Below are positions 24,379 through 33,737 of a DNA stretch of 64,000 nt, one piece after another. The notes beneath the pieces are model-generated. The model ran no database searches. It saw nothing but the letters and a program-made list of their open reading frames with translations, and was not told the origin of the DNA. A program made the translations under genes and the position numbers. The DNA comes from a virus: IMG/VR virus record IMGVR_UViG_3300044701_002494, positions 1 to 64,000 of that record, one strand, 5' to 3'. Numbering within the stretch: position 1 is the first letter of the stretch; each line of letters opens with the position of its first letter.

Positions 24379-24564
24379 TTAGACTCCAAATACTGTAGCG
24401 ATGTTATCATCGATATCTTGAATTACATTTCGAATATCAGTAATACGAGGAGGCACACTCACTTCATCATAAGTGTATCCTTTCTGCGATTCGAAAAGAA
24501 TTTGACGCACTGCTGCGGCACAGCGAGCATCCATTTTTATTGTTACTTGTTTTTCTTTAGTCAT
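24379..24564 (-). CDS. Hypothetical protein
   Basis: ATGA overlap with mazG. Confidence 0.7.
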   Translation of the reverse strand: MTKEKQVTIKMDARCAAAVRQILFESQKGYTYDEVSVPPRITDIRNVIQDIDDNIATVFGV

Positions 24565-24977
24565 CGGTCATCAGCAGCACGGTTTTCGGAGAAGTAAACA
24601 TCAAAAGCACCTTCAGGATAACGCTTCAAGAGTTTTTGAACGTTACGAGCAACGACATCATCCAGAGTTACATCAAGTGCCATACATGCTTGAGCAACAT
24701 ACCACATAATATCTCCTAATTCAATGATCAGGTGCTCACGATTATCTTCATTATAAGGTTTTCCTTGAAATACCATTTTCTTAACAATTTCCATAAACTC
24801 ACCACCTTCGGCATTGATACCAACAGCGGCAGTCAGAAGACGTTCAATGTTTGCACCCTTTTCATCAAGAGCAACCAAACGATCAGAAAGAGCAAGAAAG
24901 TCTTTGGATGCATCAGAAGTTACGGCATCCACAAACTCGGCATACTTATCAAAATTAACGTGTTTTGCAGTTTCCAT
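24561..24977 (-). CDS. mazG: MazG-like nucleoside triphosphate pyrophosphohydrolase
   Basis: AEGGEFMEIVKK...ELGDIMWYVAQ. Confidence 0.9.
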   Translation of the reverse strand: METAKHVNFDKYAEFVDAVTSDASKDFLALSDRLVALDEKGANIERLLTAAVGINAEGGEFMEIVKKMVFQGKPYNEDNREHLIIELGDIMWYVAQACMALDVTLDDVVARNVQKLLKRYPEGAFDVYFSENRAADDR

Positions 24978-26356
24978 TAAAATTTAAATCCTTCAAACGA
25001 CTTTTTGGGTTTTTTGTCTTCATTATCATTATACTCATCATCCTGCCCACTGTCAAGTATGTCATTCTGGGCAGTCTGCTCACAATCATAAAGACGCATT
25101 TTAGCACGGTCAATCCCAACAATAAATCTCTTGTAAATTGTTGGGTCATTATAACGGTTTTTCAATTGCTTTACCATAATTTGACCAAGTTGCTCTAACT
25201 CTTCCGTGCTAATCAGAGCAAACATAAGGTCGGCAGTAGCAGGCAAACCAAATGATTCGGAAGTATCAGTCAATTCCACATCAGAAGACCCAAAACCACT
25301 TCTTGTAGTTTGTGTCGCACTAACAATAGGCACATTGAATTCTACTGCCAAACCACGAAGTTCTTCGGCAATTGCCTTGATATAAGAATAAGAATTCACG
25401 GAAAGGTTTGACTTATACCTACTGGAAGCACATATATTAAGGTAATCAATGAAAATAATATCAGGTCTAAATGACTTCTTGAGAGAAAGTTCATTAAGAA
25501 GTGCCTTAAAGTGTCCTGAATGTGCAGAAGCAGTTGGATATTCTTTGATGACCAAAGAACCTTGTGTCTTCTTTGCAATATTATTTACTTTGTTCTCAAA
25601 CGTTGATCGTGGAAGATCAACCAGTTGCTGAATTGGGATATTGAGAAGATTTGCATCAATTCTTTCTGCAATTCGCTCTTCCGCCATTTCAAGAGTGATG
25701 TAGAGAACGTTCCTGCCTTGCAGTAAGACTGAAGAAGCAACATGGCACATAAAGAGACTTTTTCCAACACCCGTACCAGCAAGAGCGATATTGAGAGTCT
25801 TGCTAGGGAGACCACCTTTAGTGATTTTGTTGAAATATTCCAGATCAAATTCTATCTTATCTTCTTTTCTGTGATAAAACTCATAACGCTCTTCATAATT
25901 TTGTAAGTAATCGTGACCAATATTATTATCAAAACTTACAGAAAGAGCATCAGATAGAATACTAGGAATCGCATCACGATTCTTATTTTCATTATTGCCG
26001 TCTGCAATATGGATTGATTCCATAAGTGCCAAATAGATAGCACGATCTCTACACCACTTTTCAGTCGTATCAAGTAACCATTGCTTTTCTATAGGCGAAT
26101 CATCCAGAGACTTATTGATTTCTCTGACTTCTTTTACTTGCTCTTCAGTTAAATCTGTGCGATTTTCTACCTCAATATTGAGTGCTTCGATGGTGATTGC
26201 TGAACCATATTTGACAATGAATTGAACAATCTCCTCAAAAATGACCTTCTCGGATTTGCTCTCAAAATAATCTGGTTGAATGAAAGGAATGACTTTGCGG
26301 GAATAATCTTCATTGTATATTAAGTTTCTGAGAATTGTAGTCTCAATTCGTTCCAT
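24977..26356 (-). CDS. gp41: Replicative DNA helicase (T4 gp41, DnaB-like)
   Basis: AGTGVGKS, ITLEMAE, IDYLNI, SATQTTR, KNRY. Confidence 0.95.
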   Translation of the reverse strand: MERIETTILRNLIYNEDYSRKVIPFIQPDYFESKSEKVIFEEIVQFIVKYGSAITIEALNIEVENRTDLTEEQVKEVREINKSLDDSPIEKQWLLDTTEKWCRDRAIYLALMESIHIADGNNENKNRDAIPSILSDALSVSFDNNIGHDYLQNYEERYEFYHRKEDKIEFDLEYFNKITKGGLPSKTLNIALAGTGVGKSLFMCHVASSVLLQGRNVLYITLEMAEERIAERIDANLLNIPIQQLVDLPRSTFENKVNNIAKKTQGSLVIKEYPTASAHSGHFKALLNELSLKKSFRPDIIFIDYLNICASSRYKSNLSVNSYSYIKAIAEELRGLAVEFNVPIVSATQTTRSGFGSSDVELTDTSESFGLPATADLMFALISTEELEQLGQIMVKQLKNRYNDPTIYKRFIVGIDRAKMRLYDCEQTAQNDILDSGQDDEYNDNEDKKPKKSFEGFKF

Positions 26357-27350
26357 AAGAGAATTGTTGTTTTGCGGCAGCATCAAGTTGCTGCATTACT
26401 TCTTCCGTAAAATACTGCTCTGGGTTTTTGAGAATTTCCTTACCGTAAATTTTCTTCCCATTGATTTCATATCGACCAGCGACATTCTTCCACATTCCTG
26501 CCTCTTCACCAAGTTCAAGAAGACCATAATACCGATCAAGTCCTCTTTCATCATAGAAAAGACGAATTTCCACATCTTGGTTTTCTTTACTCAAACGAGA
26601 CTTGGCAGTCTTTGCTTTAATAATATTTCCAACAATTTCAGTGCCGTCCTTTTCCTTTTTCTTTGAAAGGTGAATGATTGTAGAAGCAGCATACTTGAGT
26701 CCACTACCACCACCCATTTCTTTTGTGGGTACATAAGCACCAATAACATCATAAGTATGATTTGTCACAATCATTGGAATATTTGCTTGACCCAACTTAA
26801 GAGTAAGCATACGGAAAGCACCCTTAATCAATTGAGATTTAGTCATATCCCTAACTTCTTTATCATTCAAAGCATCATTAATCTCCTTACTTGTAGAAAG
26901 CATTCCTAGAGAATCTAACACAAACATACAAGGATTGCGTTCTCCTTCAGGTTTCTTCATATACAAATCAACTGCTTTTAGTGCCTTACCACGAAACTCT
27001 TCAACAGTAACTACATTAACAACAACTAAACGAGATGTATCAACACCACGACTTTCTAGAAGAGATTTAGTGATAGCAGCCTCAGTGTCAAAGTAGAGAC
27101 AGTAACCATTGGGATTAGAATCAAGAAAGTTCTTAACCACGGCGAGAGAGAAAAAAGTCTTTCCAGTAGAAGACTCTCCAGCAATAGCAGTAATCTTATT
27201 CCCAGATACACCGCCAAATACACTACCTGAAACCAGTGCATTAAGAATGTACGAACCTGTGTCAACATAACTCTCAGTCTCATCAATATCCGATGCTATT
27301 TTAGTATAGTCATCACCAATTTCTTTTACAATATCTTTAAGAAAGTCCAT
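26343..27350 (-). CDS. uvsX: RecA-like recombinase
   Basis: GESSTGKT, YFDTE, DSLG, MGGGSG. Confidence 0.95.
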   Translation of the reverse strand: MDFLKDIVKEIGDDYTKIASDIDETESYVDTGSYILNALVSGSVFGGVSGNKITAIAGESSTGKTFFSLAVVKNFLDSNPNGYCLYFDTEAAITKSLLESRGVDTSRLVVVNVVTVEEFRGKALKAVDLYMKKPEGERNPCMFVLDSLGMLSTSKEINDALNDKEVRDMTKSQLIKGAFRMLTLKLGQANIPMIVTNHTYDVIGAYVPTKEMGGGSGLKYAASTIIHLSKKKEKDGTEIVGNIIKAKTAKSRLSKENQDVEIRLFYDERGLDRYYGLLELGEEAGMWKNVAGRYEINGKKIYGKEILKNPEQYFTEEVMQQLDAAAKQQFSYGTN

Positions 27351-27477
27351 TATTTTTTTCCTTATTCAAGTAATTTAATTTATATGCCCAAAGTTTGGCG
27401 TGTAAACTAGGATTAGAATTCTTTAATAATAAAATAATTGATTCCAATTCTTGATCATTTATAGGAAGTTTTATCAT
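27337..27477 (-). CDS. 46-aa hypothetical (MIKLPINDQELESII...)
   Basis: Hand translation; ATGA overlap. Confidence 0.55.
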   Translation of the reverse strand: MIKLPINDQELESIILLLKNSNPSLHAKLWAYKLNYLNKEKNNGLS

Positions 27478-27638
27478 GCCACCATCCCATATTCTTCACG
27501 GAGAATTTTTTTATAGGGTAAATTTTTTTCCCTAAGTTCTTTTACAAGCTTAAGTTTTTGATAAAGTGCAGTATCTCCTCCCAAATACATGGCATTGACA
27601 ATTGTTTTCAGTTCTTCATCATTAATAGGCAAATCCAT
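27474..27638 (-). CDS. 54-aa hypothetical (MDLPINDEELKTIVNAMYLGGDTALYQKLKLVKEL...)
   Basis: Hand translation; TAATG coupling to gp43. Confidence 0.65.
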   Translation of the reverse strand: MDLPINDEELKTIVNAMYLGGDTALYQKLKLVKELREKNLPYKKILREEYGMVA

Positions 27639-30145
27639 TATGAAAAAAATGATTCAAGGTTTACAGTATGGTGAGTTTTCCATCCAATGGCATCAAGAAT
27701 AGATTTCAAAGGTTCCACGAAACTCTTTTCAAATTGTAATTCATAGTCAATGTATTTGTCAAGACCAAGTTCTTTTGGAAAATCTTGAATGAATGAGATA
27801 ATATTCTCTTGAATGATATTTGGTTTTTTCAAGTATATAAACTTAATTTTTTCACCATTACCAATCAAAGAATACTTATTAGTGAGTTTTTTCTCCTTTA
27901 TATAATGATTAAAAAGAAGTGCTCCACGAATATGAATCGGAGTTTTATGAGCATAGATTGTAGAGGATGATTGATACTTACGCACATCAGAAGCAGTTCT
28001 TGGGAAAGCAATTTGCTCTGGTGGAAGTTTTTTGAATTCTTTCCGACATTTATCGATGAAGTTAATCACATCTTCTTCAGTGCTACTCATCATCAACTTC
28101 AAACCATCTTTAATCATTTGGCGGCAAGGTGCTGGAGTAGAAGATTTAACTGCTTCAATACCCATCATTTTCAGTTTAGGTTCTTCATATCGAACACCCT
28201 CACTGTCCCACACATTAAGAATGTATCGTTTCTTTGCGGTCCAAATTCCACGCTCAGCAATGTTCTCACGCTTCATTTGCATCTTTTGATCATAGGCATT
28301 CACATACTCAGCCAATTCTTTGTAGCAACCTTCAATATACTTTTCAAGTTCCACCTTACAGACCTTATCAAGGAACGAAACAATGCCTTCAGTAGTTTTC
28401 TCTCTTCCTTTGTATATACATTCAACCAAAGGGCCCATATTAAGATAAACAGAATCAGTATCTGAAGCAATAACATAATCTTTACCATCCGTTTTTAGAA
28501 TTTTGTTAAGATATTGATTGAGTTTATTTTCAATCCAGCGAATTGCAACCTGTCCTGAAAGTGTAATTGCTTCAGCATTTGCTAATTTGTAATAACGAAA
28601 ATACTGATTACCAATGGCACCATAAGCAGAGTTAAGTTGAATCTTTCTTGCCATCTGAATATTATTACATCTGGCAATCTCTTTTTCTAATTCCTTAGTT
28701 TTTTTCTTTTCATATTCTTGCTTAGCAGCAAGCATTTTCTTTTTGTAAATTGTACGATCTTTATAGATCTTATCCATCAATTCTGGAAGAAATCCACGCA
28801 CATCCTTACGAAACATTGCCCCATTGGCACAGACAGAATAATCTTTGTAAAGTTCAAATGTAATTTCCTGATTGAGAATTTTATCAACAGTTACCGTTGG
28901 ATGTTTTTCTTCGACAAGAGTTTCTGGACTTACATTAAACTGCATAATCAAATGAGGATACAGAGAGTTTAAGTCAAAGTTGACAACCCAATCATACATT
29001 CCAGGAACAGGTTCTTTAACATAAGCACCCGCATATTTTGAATCCTTTTCAGACTTTTCTTTGGGAGGAATTACAATGTTTCTCTTTTTGAGATAATTGT
29101 AAATAATAGTATCCCACATTCTAACCTGAGAAAATACATCAACATAGTTTACCTTAGCATCATATGCCATCGTAATTGCCAACTCAATTAGTTTCATCTT
29201 GTCTTCCAAACGGTCAACAAGTTCCACGTCAATGATGTTATATTCTACAAACTTTTGCCAACCCCTTGTGTAGAAGTCTTTAAAGGTATCAAACTCAGAG
29301 TGGTCTAGTTTTTTCTGTCCTAACTCTACACTTGCGATGTAATCAAGTCGATAAGATTCTTGTGCTTTATAGGTAAATTTCTTGTAGAGATTAAGATAAT
29401 CGAGTTGAGTAATTCCGCCCACATCATATGAAATATGTTTGCGCCCAGCAATATATGTTTCCCTTTCAGTCACAAGACCCCAAGGAGACAACCGCTTCAT
29501 CAACTTTTCACCAAGAATTCTATCAATCCTACGTACAAGATATGGAATATCGTAAAGTTCACTATTCCATCCAGTCACAACTTCTGGAGTATTTGTTTCA
29601 ATCATCCACCAGTTAATAAAGTCATCAAGTAATTCACGCTCTGTCCGGAATCCTTTGTATATGACATTATTCTGTTTATTTGTGAATGGTCCTTTACCCC
29701 AAGTGCGAATTTGTTTTGTAGAATAATCCTGAATAGTAATCAACAATACTTCCTCTGATGCAGATTCTACATCAGGGAATCCATTTTCTGATGCAACCTC
29801 AATGTCCAAAGTCGAAATTTTAACCTTACTAGTGTCAAATTTAATTTCTTCTTCAGGATAGTTTTCTGAAATATATTGGTAAATATACCCAGTGTTTCCA
29901 TAGATTTTAAAGTTTTCTACACCCTCATACCTTTTAATGAATTCACGACAGTCTCTAACACACCCTGGTTGAACTGCTTCAACATATTCACCTTCTAGAG
30001 TTTGATATTTGGTTTTTTTATTAGAGGGAACAAAAAGAGTCGGGTCAAACTTCTCACGAGTCATGAAATGATTTCCATTTTCATAACCACGAACCAAGAA
30101 GTGGTCCCCGACCATTTGCACATTTGTGTAAAATCTTTGAGACAT
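27638..30145 (-). CDS. gp43: Family B DNA polymerase (T4 gp43)
   Basis: LDIE exonuclease, DLNSLYPH, KIQLNSAYG, SDTDS, KKRY. Confidence 0.97.
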   Translation of the reverse strand: MSQRFYTNVQMVGDHFLVRGYENGNHFMTREKFDPTLFVPSNKKTKYQTLEGEYVEAVQPGCVRDCREFIKRYEGVENFKIYGNTGYIYQYISENYPEEEIKFDTSKVKISTLDIEVASENGFPDVESASEEVLLITIQDYSTKQIRTWGKGPFTNKQNNVIYKGFRTERELLDDFINWWMIETNTPEVVTGWNSELYDIPYLVRRIDRILGEKLMKRLSPWGLVTERETYIAGRKHISYDVGGITQLDYLNLYKKFTYKAQESYRLDYIASVELGQKKLDHSEFDTFKDFYTRGWQKFVEYNIIDVELVDRLEDKMKLIELAITMAYDAKVNYVDVFSQVRMWDTIIYNYLKKRNIVIPPKEKSEKDSKYAGAYVKEPVPGMYDWVVNFDLNSLYPHLIMQFNVSPETLVEEKHPTVTVDKILNQEITFELYKDYSVCANGAMFRKDVRGFLPELMDKIYKDRTIYKKKMLAAKQEYEKKKTKELEKEIARCNNIQMARKIQLNSAYGAIGNQYFRYYKLANAEAITLSGQVAIRWIENKLNQYLNKILKTDGKDYVIASDTDSVYLNMGPLVECIYKGREKTTEGIVSFLDKVCKVELEKYIEGCYKELAEYVNAYDQKMQMKRENIAERGIWTAKKRYILNVWDSEGVRYEEPKLKMMGIEAVKSSTPAPCRQMIKDGLKLMMSSTEEDVINFIDKCRKEFKKLPPEQIAFPRTASDVRKYQSSSTIYAHKTPIHIRGALLFNHYIKEKKLTNKYSLIGNGEKIKFIYLKKPNIIQENIISFIQDFPKELGLDKYIDYELQFEKSFVEPLKSILDAIGWKTHHTVNLESFFS

Positions 30146-30399
30146 CAGGCAGTTAATTCAAAATACTTTTCAATAATTTCTTCTTTAGGATCTACGATAG
30201 TAAGTATACTATCAGAATGAATCATCATTTCTCTTTGATCAGTAACATCTGGCCAAGGAGTTAGATTTCCTTCAACATCGATTTTGAATGGATTAATCAG
30301 TTTGCAGTCTGGTTCTCCAAGTTCTGATCCAATTTCAATAATCTCAGTAACAATTACATTATTAACTTTCAATAATAGACATTTGATTGCTTTGTCCAT
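30145..30399 (-). CDS. Hypothetical protein
   Basis: GEPDCKLINP; coupled to gp43. Confidence 0.7.
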   Translation of the reverse strand: MDKAIKCLLLKVNNVIVTEIIEIGSELGEPDCKLINPFKIDVEGNLTPWPDVTDQREMMIHSDSILTIVDPKEEIIEKYFELTA

Positions 30400-30691
30400 T
30401 TATTTTTTCCTCATACATTTGTTTAAGAGAACTAATTGGGTCTACTAAAGTTATAACCCAATCCATTGTTACTAACATTTGCTTGTCTTCTGTAAGGAGA
30501 ATCCAAGGGGTTAACGAAACCTCTACTTTTCCATCATATTCTGGTTCTTCAGATAGAAGAATGCCTTTTTCAGTTAATACTCTGTATGGGTTTTCAAAGA
30601 TATATCCACAAACTTTTTCTTCTGAAATTAGTTCCTTTATATTAGAAAGAACTGTTTCTCCAGATTTTAATAGTGCAAGTTTAATTGACAT
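30362..30691 (-). CDS. Hypothetical protein (Sm-like beta fold suspected)
   Basis: IKLALLKSGE...LTPW...DWVITLVDP. Confidence 0.7.
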   Translation of the reverse strand: MSIKLALLKSGETVLSNIKELISEEKVCGYIFENPYRVLTEKGILLSEEPEYDGKVEVSLTPWILLTEDKQMLVTMDWVITLVDPISSLKQMYEEKINGQSNQMSIIES

Positions 30692-30713
30692 TTTTTAGTT
30701 TCTCCTTCAACTC

Positions 30714-30781
30714 ATTATACCCAAAAAAAGAGGAGGTGTCAACTGGATTGTGCCAGTTACCTCCCCGTCTGCGCCGACGAT
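30714..30781 (-). terminator. Long terminator hairpin containing a sigma70 promoter, preceded by a small GC hairpin
   Basis: GGGGAGGT-AACTGG...CCAGTT-GAC-ACCTCCTC-T7; TTGACA(30742-30737)-N17-TATAAT(30719-30714). Confidence 0.7.
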
Positions 30782-30837
30782 ACAAACTATATAGACAATT
30801 CTTTCTGATAGATTGCGGTCAAATTAGGTATTATTAT

Positions 30838-31278
30838 TTAGAGATAATCCTTACGAGCATGATGCTCTGGAACTATTTTCCCAAGTACGATCCGTAAAAG
30901 TCCGTCTTCGAATACAACCTCCCTGACTTCTGTGTCGTCGGATAAAGTCCACGCTCGTTTAAAACTTCTGCTAGCCACTCCCTTGTGGATAAACGTCCTA
31001 TCCGATTCGGTATCTGCTTTTTGTCCTTCGACAAAAAGTTTTCCATACTCTGTGTATACATTTACTTCTCCTTTTTTGAATCCTGCAAGTGCAAGTTCCA
31101 GATGGGATTCAACATTATTTATTTGAATAAGATTATATGGTGGATAATTTGTTGTAGTTTCGTGAAGATTGAATAGACGATCAAAATATTCATCCATTCC
31201 AATGCTATTGCGGGTGATTCGTTCCATCAGTGCAGGAAGATCAGACGCAGTAAACCGTGATGTTGCAAGGTTAGTCAT
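30838..31278 (-). CDS. hsp20: Small heat-shock protein (Hsp20 family)
   Basis: NYPPYN, LALAGF, HKGVASRSF, DGLLRI. Confidence 0.93.
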   Translation of the reverse strand: MTNLATSRFTASDLPALMERITRNSIGMDEYFDRLFNLHETTTNYPPYNLIQINNVESHLELALAGFKKGEVNVYTEYGKLFVEGQKADTESDRTFIHKGVASRSFKRAWTLSDDTEVREVVFEDGLLRIVLGKIVPEHHARKDYL

Positions 31279-31385
31279 TATGGTATCTCCTTTAAAAGCG
31301 AGTTATTTTTTGTGGACCCTTAGGGCATCCGTATATAATTATAATACTTCTTACAAAAAAAAGCGGGTGTAAAACCCGCTCTTTA

Positions 31386-31826
31386 TCATTCGGCATCCTC
31401 TACTCTTTTTTTCTTAGATCCAATATTATATTTACTTTCAAGAATCCAATCACCCTTATCTTTATAAGCAAGAACTTTAATTTGATTCAGAGGAGCGATG
31501 TCTTGAATTTTTTTAACATCCACAATCTCAATCAGACCCCAGTCTGCAAGAAGTTGGGCAATACGATTACGACGCTGAACATCATTCACGGTCAGGTTTG
31601 CGTGTTTGCCATCTAGAGCAAACAGTTCCTTAAAGTGAACGAGATAATACCTACCTTGCTTGTGCAGAATATGGCAAGACTGATAGATTTTCTTTTCCTT
31701 TCTTGAAGCAACTCCGATACGGGTCAAAGTCTCACGAACCTTCAAAAAATCGTCGGGTTCGTTGAGAATCACTTCCACCATTTGATCGGGCGTCCACTTC
31801 ACTTCAGGTTCTTGAACGACACTCAT
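31386..31826 (-). CDS. regA: Translational repressor RegA
   Basis: DFLKVRETLTRIG, QSCHILHKQG, HFKELF. Confidence 0.95.
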   Translation of the reverse strand: MSVVQEPEVKWTPDQMVEVILNEPDDFLKVRETLTRIGVASRKEKKIYQSCHILHKQGRYYLVHFKELFALDGKHANLTVNDVQRRNRIAQLLADWGLIEIVDVKKIQDIAPLNQIKVLAYKDKGDWILESKYNIGSKKKRVEDAE

Positions 31827-32203
31827 TTTGTTCCTCCAGTTTCAAATTTCGATTTTATAAAATTAAGTTGTTCTTTTGTAAGAATCCTCAAAGCTTGTTT
31901 TGCCTTTTCATTACTATAACCATAATAACGTTTGACATAATCAAGGTCTTTGATTTTATCTTGACGGAGCCAGGGAGAATATCTCTTCTTTTTCCTCAGA
32001 CTATTTATAAAAAAGTCATATTGCATCTTTTTTGGGAGGAAATGATATTGATTCATTTCATTCGCAAACATAATACAATCAATGTGCCCAGAGAGGCAAC
32101 GATTGATAATGTAAGGTGCATATTCCTTCTCAAGTGAAGGATCTTCGTCAATCAGATGTTGCTTCGTCTGATTGATCGAGTTTAACCAGTCCTTCAATTC
32201 CAT
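31823..32203 (-). CDS. gp62: Clamp loader small subunit (T4 gp62)
   Basis: WLNSINQTK, YIINRCLS, YYGYSNEKA. Confidence 0.9.
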   Translation of the reverse strand: MELKDWLNSINQTKQHLIDEDPSLEKEYAPYIINRCLSGHIDCIMFANEMNQYHFLPKKMQYDFFINSLRKKKRYSPWLRQDKIKDLDYVKRYYGYSNEKAKQALRILTKEQLNFIKSKFETGGTK

Positions 32204-33026
32204 AATTAAAAAGCAGTAGTTCTTTACGTTGTTTTTGCTCACGCATATATTCACCAACGGAACGCATTGTATAAGTCAGATCAAACTCAGCAGCATTCCA
32301 GTTCTTAAACCGATCCTTTACAAGTTGATCAGAATTATAACTCACTAACTGATCCATATCGTTAGAATCGCAATCAGCAGCAAACTTATCGTGATCAAAT
32401 CCTTTGTGCATTGATCCCTTGTTCCCATAGAGATTATCCTTAATATCATAAGGAGGATCGAGATACACAAAGGCACCCATATTTCCATCCAACAAATAGT
32501 CGTAGGAATAATTAGTTATACGCCAATTTTTAATTAACGCAGAATATTCAGGCAACTTTTCAATCCCACGCATTGAGAAGTTGGAGACGGATGCCTGTTG
32601 CGAAAATGAAGAACTCTCTGTGAGACCACTGAAAGAACACTTATTGACAATATAGAAAGCCACAGCACGATCAATGCTTGGCAAATTTTTGTCATTGATA
32701 TGCTCCTTTGACTTGAGAAACAATTCTTTTGCCAAATCGGGAGTATTGTTTGCTGTCTTTAATTCTACCAGTTTATCTTTAAAATCAGTACCAAACATCT
32801 GGAGTTGTTGCCAGAAATTTACCAGTGGTTCGTATAAATCATTTACCCAAATATTTAACGATGGATACTTCTTAGTGATATAAATCGCAACACTTCCTCC
32901 ACCAATAAATGGTTCACGGAATTCATCATAGTTGCGAAGATCTGGAAAGTAGGGGTCCATTTTAGTAACCGCTCTACTCTTGCCACCAGGATATCTTAAA
33001 CAGGTTTTCAGGGACTTTGTGCTCAT
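32148..33026 (-). CDS. dam: DNA adenine methyltransferase (Dam/D12 class)
   Basis: LRYPGGKS, EPFIGGGSV, YLDPPY. Confidence 0.92.
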   Translation of the reverse strand: MSTKSLKTCLRYPGGKSRAVTKMDPYFPDLRNYDEFREPFIGGGSVAIYITKKYPSLNIWVNDLYEPLVNFWQQLQMFGTDFKDKLVELKTANNTPDLAKELFLKSKEHINDKNLPSIDRAVAFYIVNKCSFSGLTESSSFSQQASVSNFSMRGIEKLPEYSALIKNWRITNYSYDYLLDGNMGAFVYLDPPYDIKDNLYGNKGSMHKGFDHDKFAADCDSNDMDQLVSYNSDQLVKDRFKNWNAAEFDLTYTMRSVGEYMREQKQRKELLLFNYGIEGLVKLDQSDEATSD

Positions 33027-33541
33027 ACCAATTCCTCAATCAATTCATAAAGTCTAACAGAAAAATCTTGCTTCTCTGTAGGAATAACATCTTTTGCCAA
33101 GAAAGTAATATCAGAATAGTCAACTCTAAAAGAAACGGTTGCATCCTTCATTACAGTATGCTTCATACAAGCATCCCAACTACAAATTCCAACTGTATAA
33201 TTTTTAGTATCCCAAAGAAACATATAATCAAAAGTTTTTTGAGGAAGACCTAAATTCTTACCTTGAAAATTTTTTAGTGTAATTTCTTTTGTATATGGGA
33301 CAGTTTTTTGAAACAATCCATCCATTCCTTTCGACTCATAAAAAAGATTATCAGTTAAACCATAAAAATCTTTACCATTTTCTTTATCTCCAATATATTT
33401 CAATTGCCCCCCACTATACTTGGCAATGGCAATTTCCTGTACTTCTGCTCGCAAAGGGCGAGTTTGATTTCTTTTAAGTCCTTCAGTAGATTTTATTACA
33501 CCAAAAATAGAAGGAAAGTCAAATAGTTCAGGATTGATCAT
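33023..33541 (-). CDS. Hypothetical protein, possible PD-(D/E)xK endonuclease
   Basis: E...GKDF...YESK spacing; coupled to dam. Confidence 0.55.
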   Translation of the reverse strand: MINPELFDFPSIFGVIKSTEGLKRNQTRPLRAEVQEIAIAKYSGGQLKYIGDKENGKDFYGLTDNLFYESKGMDGLFQKTVPYTKEITLKNFQGKNLGLPQKTFDYMFLWDTKNYTVGICSWDACMKHTVMKDATVSFRVDYSDITFLAKDVIPTEKQDFSVRLYELIEELV

Positions 33542-33737
33542 AATTAATAGGATGATACTTCAAATATTCTCTAAAAGTGAGTTTCATTTCTTTCTGCGTC
33601 ATACCACAATGCTTTGCGGCAGCAGGAAGAGTCATTTTAGCACGAAAGAGACCTTCATTTGCCTCTTTCACATTCTGTGGTGTTGTTTTGACTGGATACT
33701 CTACCAGTAACGCCTTGTTGATTTTATATGGATTCAT
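33528..33737 (-). CDS. Small HTH-like hypothetical protein
   Basis: MTLPAAAKHCGMTQKEMK. Confidence 0.7.
   Translation of the reverse strand: MNPYKINKALLVEYPVKTTPQNVKEANEGLFRAKMTLPAAAKHCGMTQKEMKLTFREYLKYHPINYDQS

Noticed and set aside
13843-30145. Introns or inteins in nrdB, nrdA, gp41, uvsX and gp43
   Set aside because: All are continuous ORFs of normal length with no intein motifs; the same holds for gp17, gp20 and gp23.
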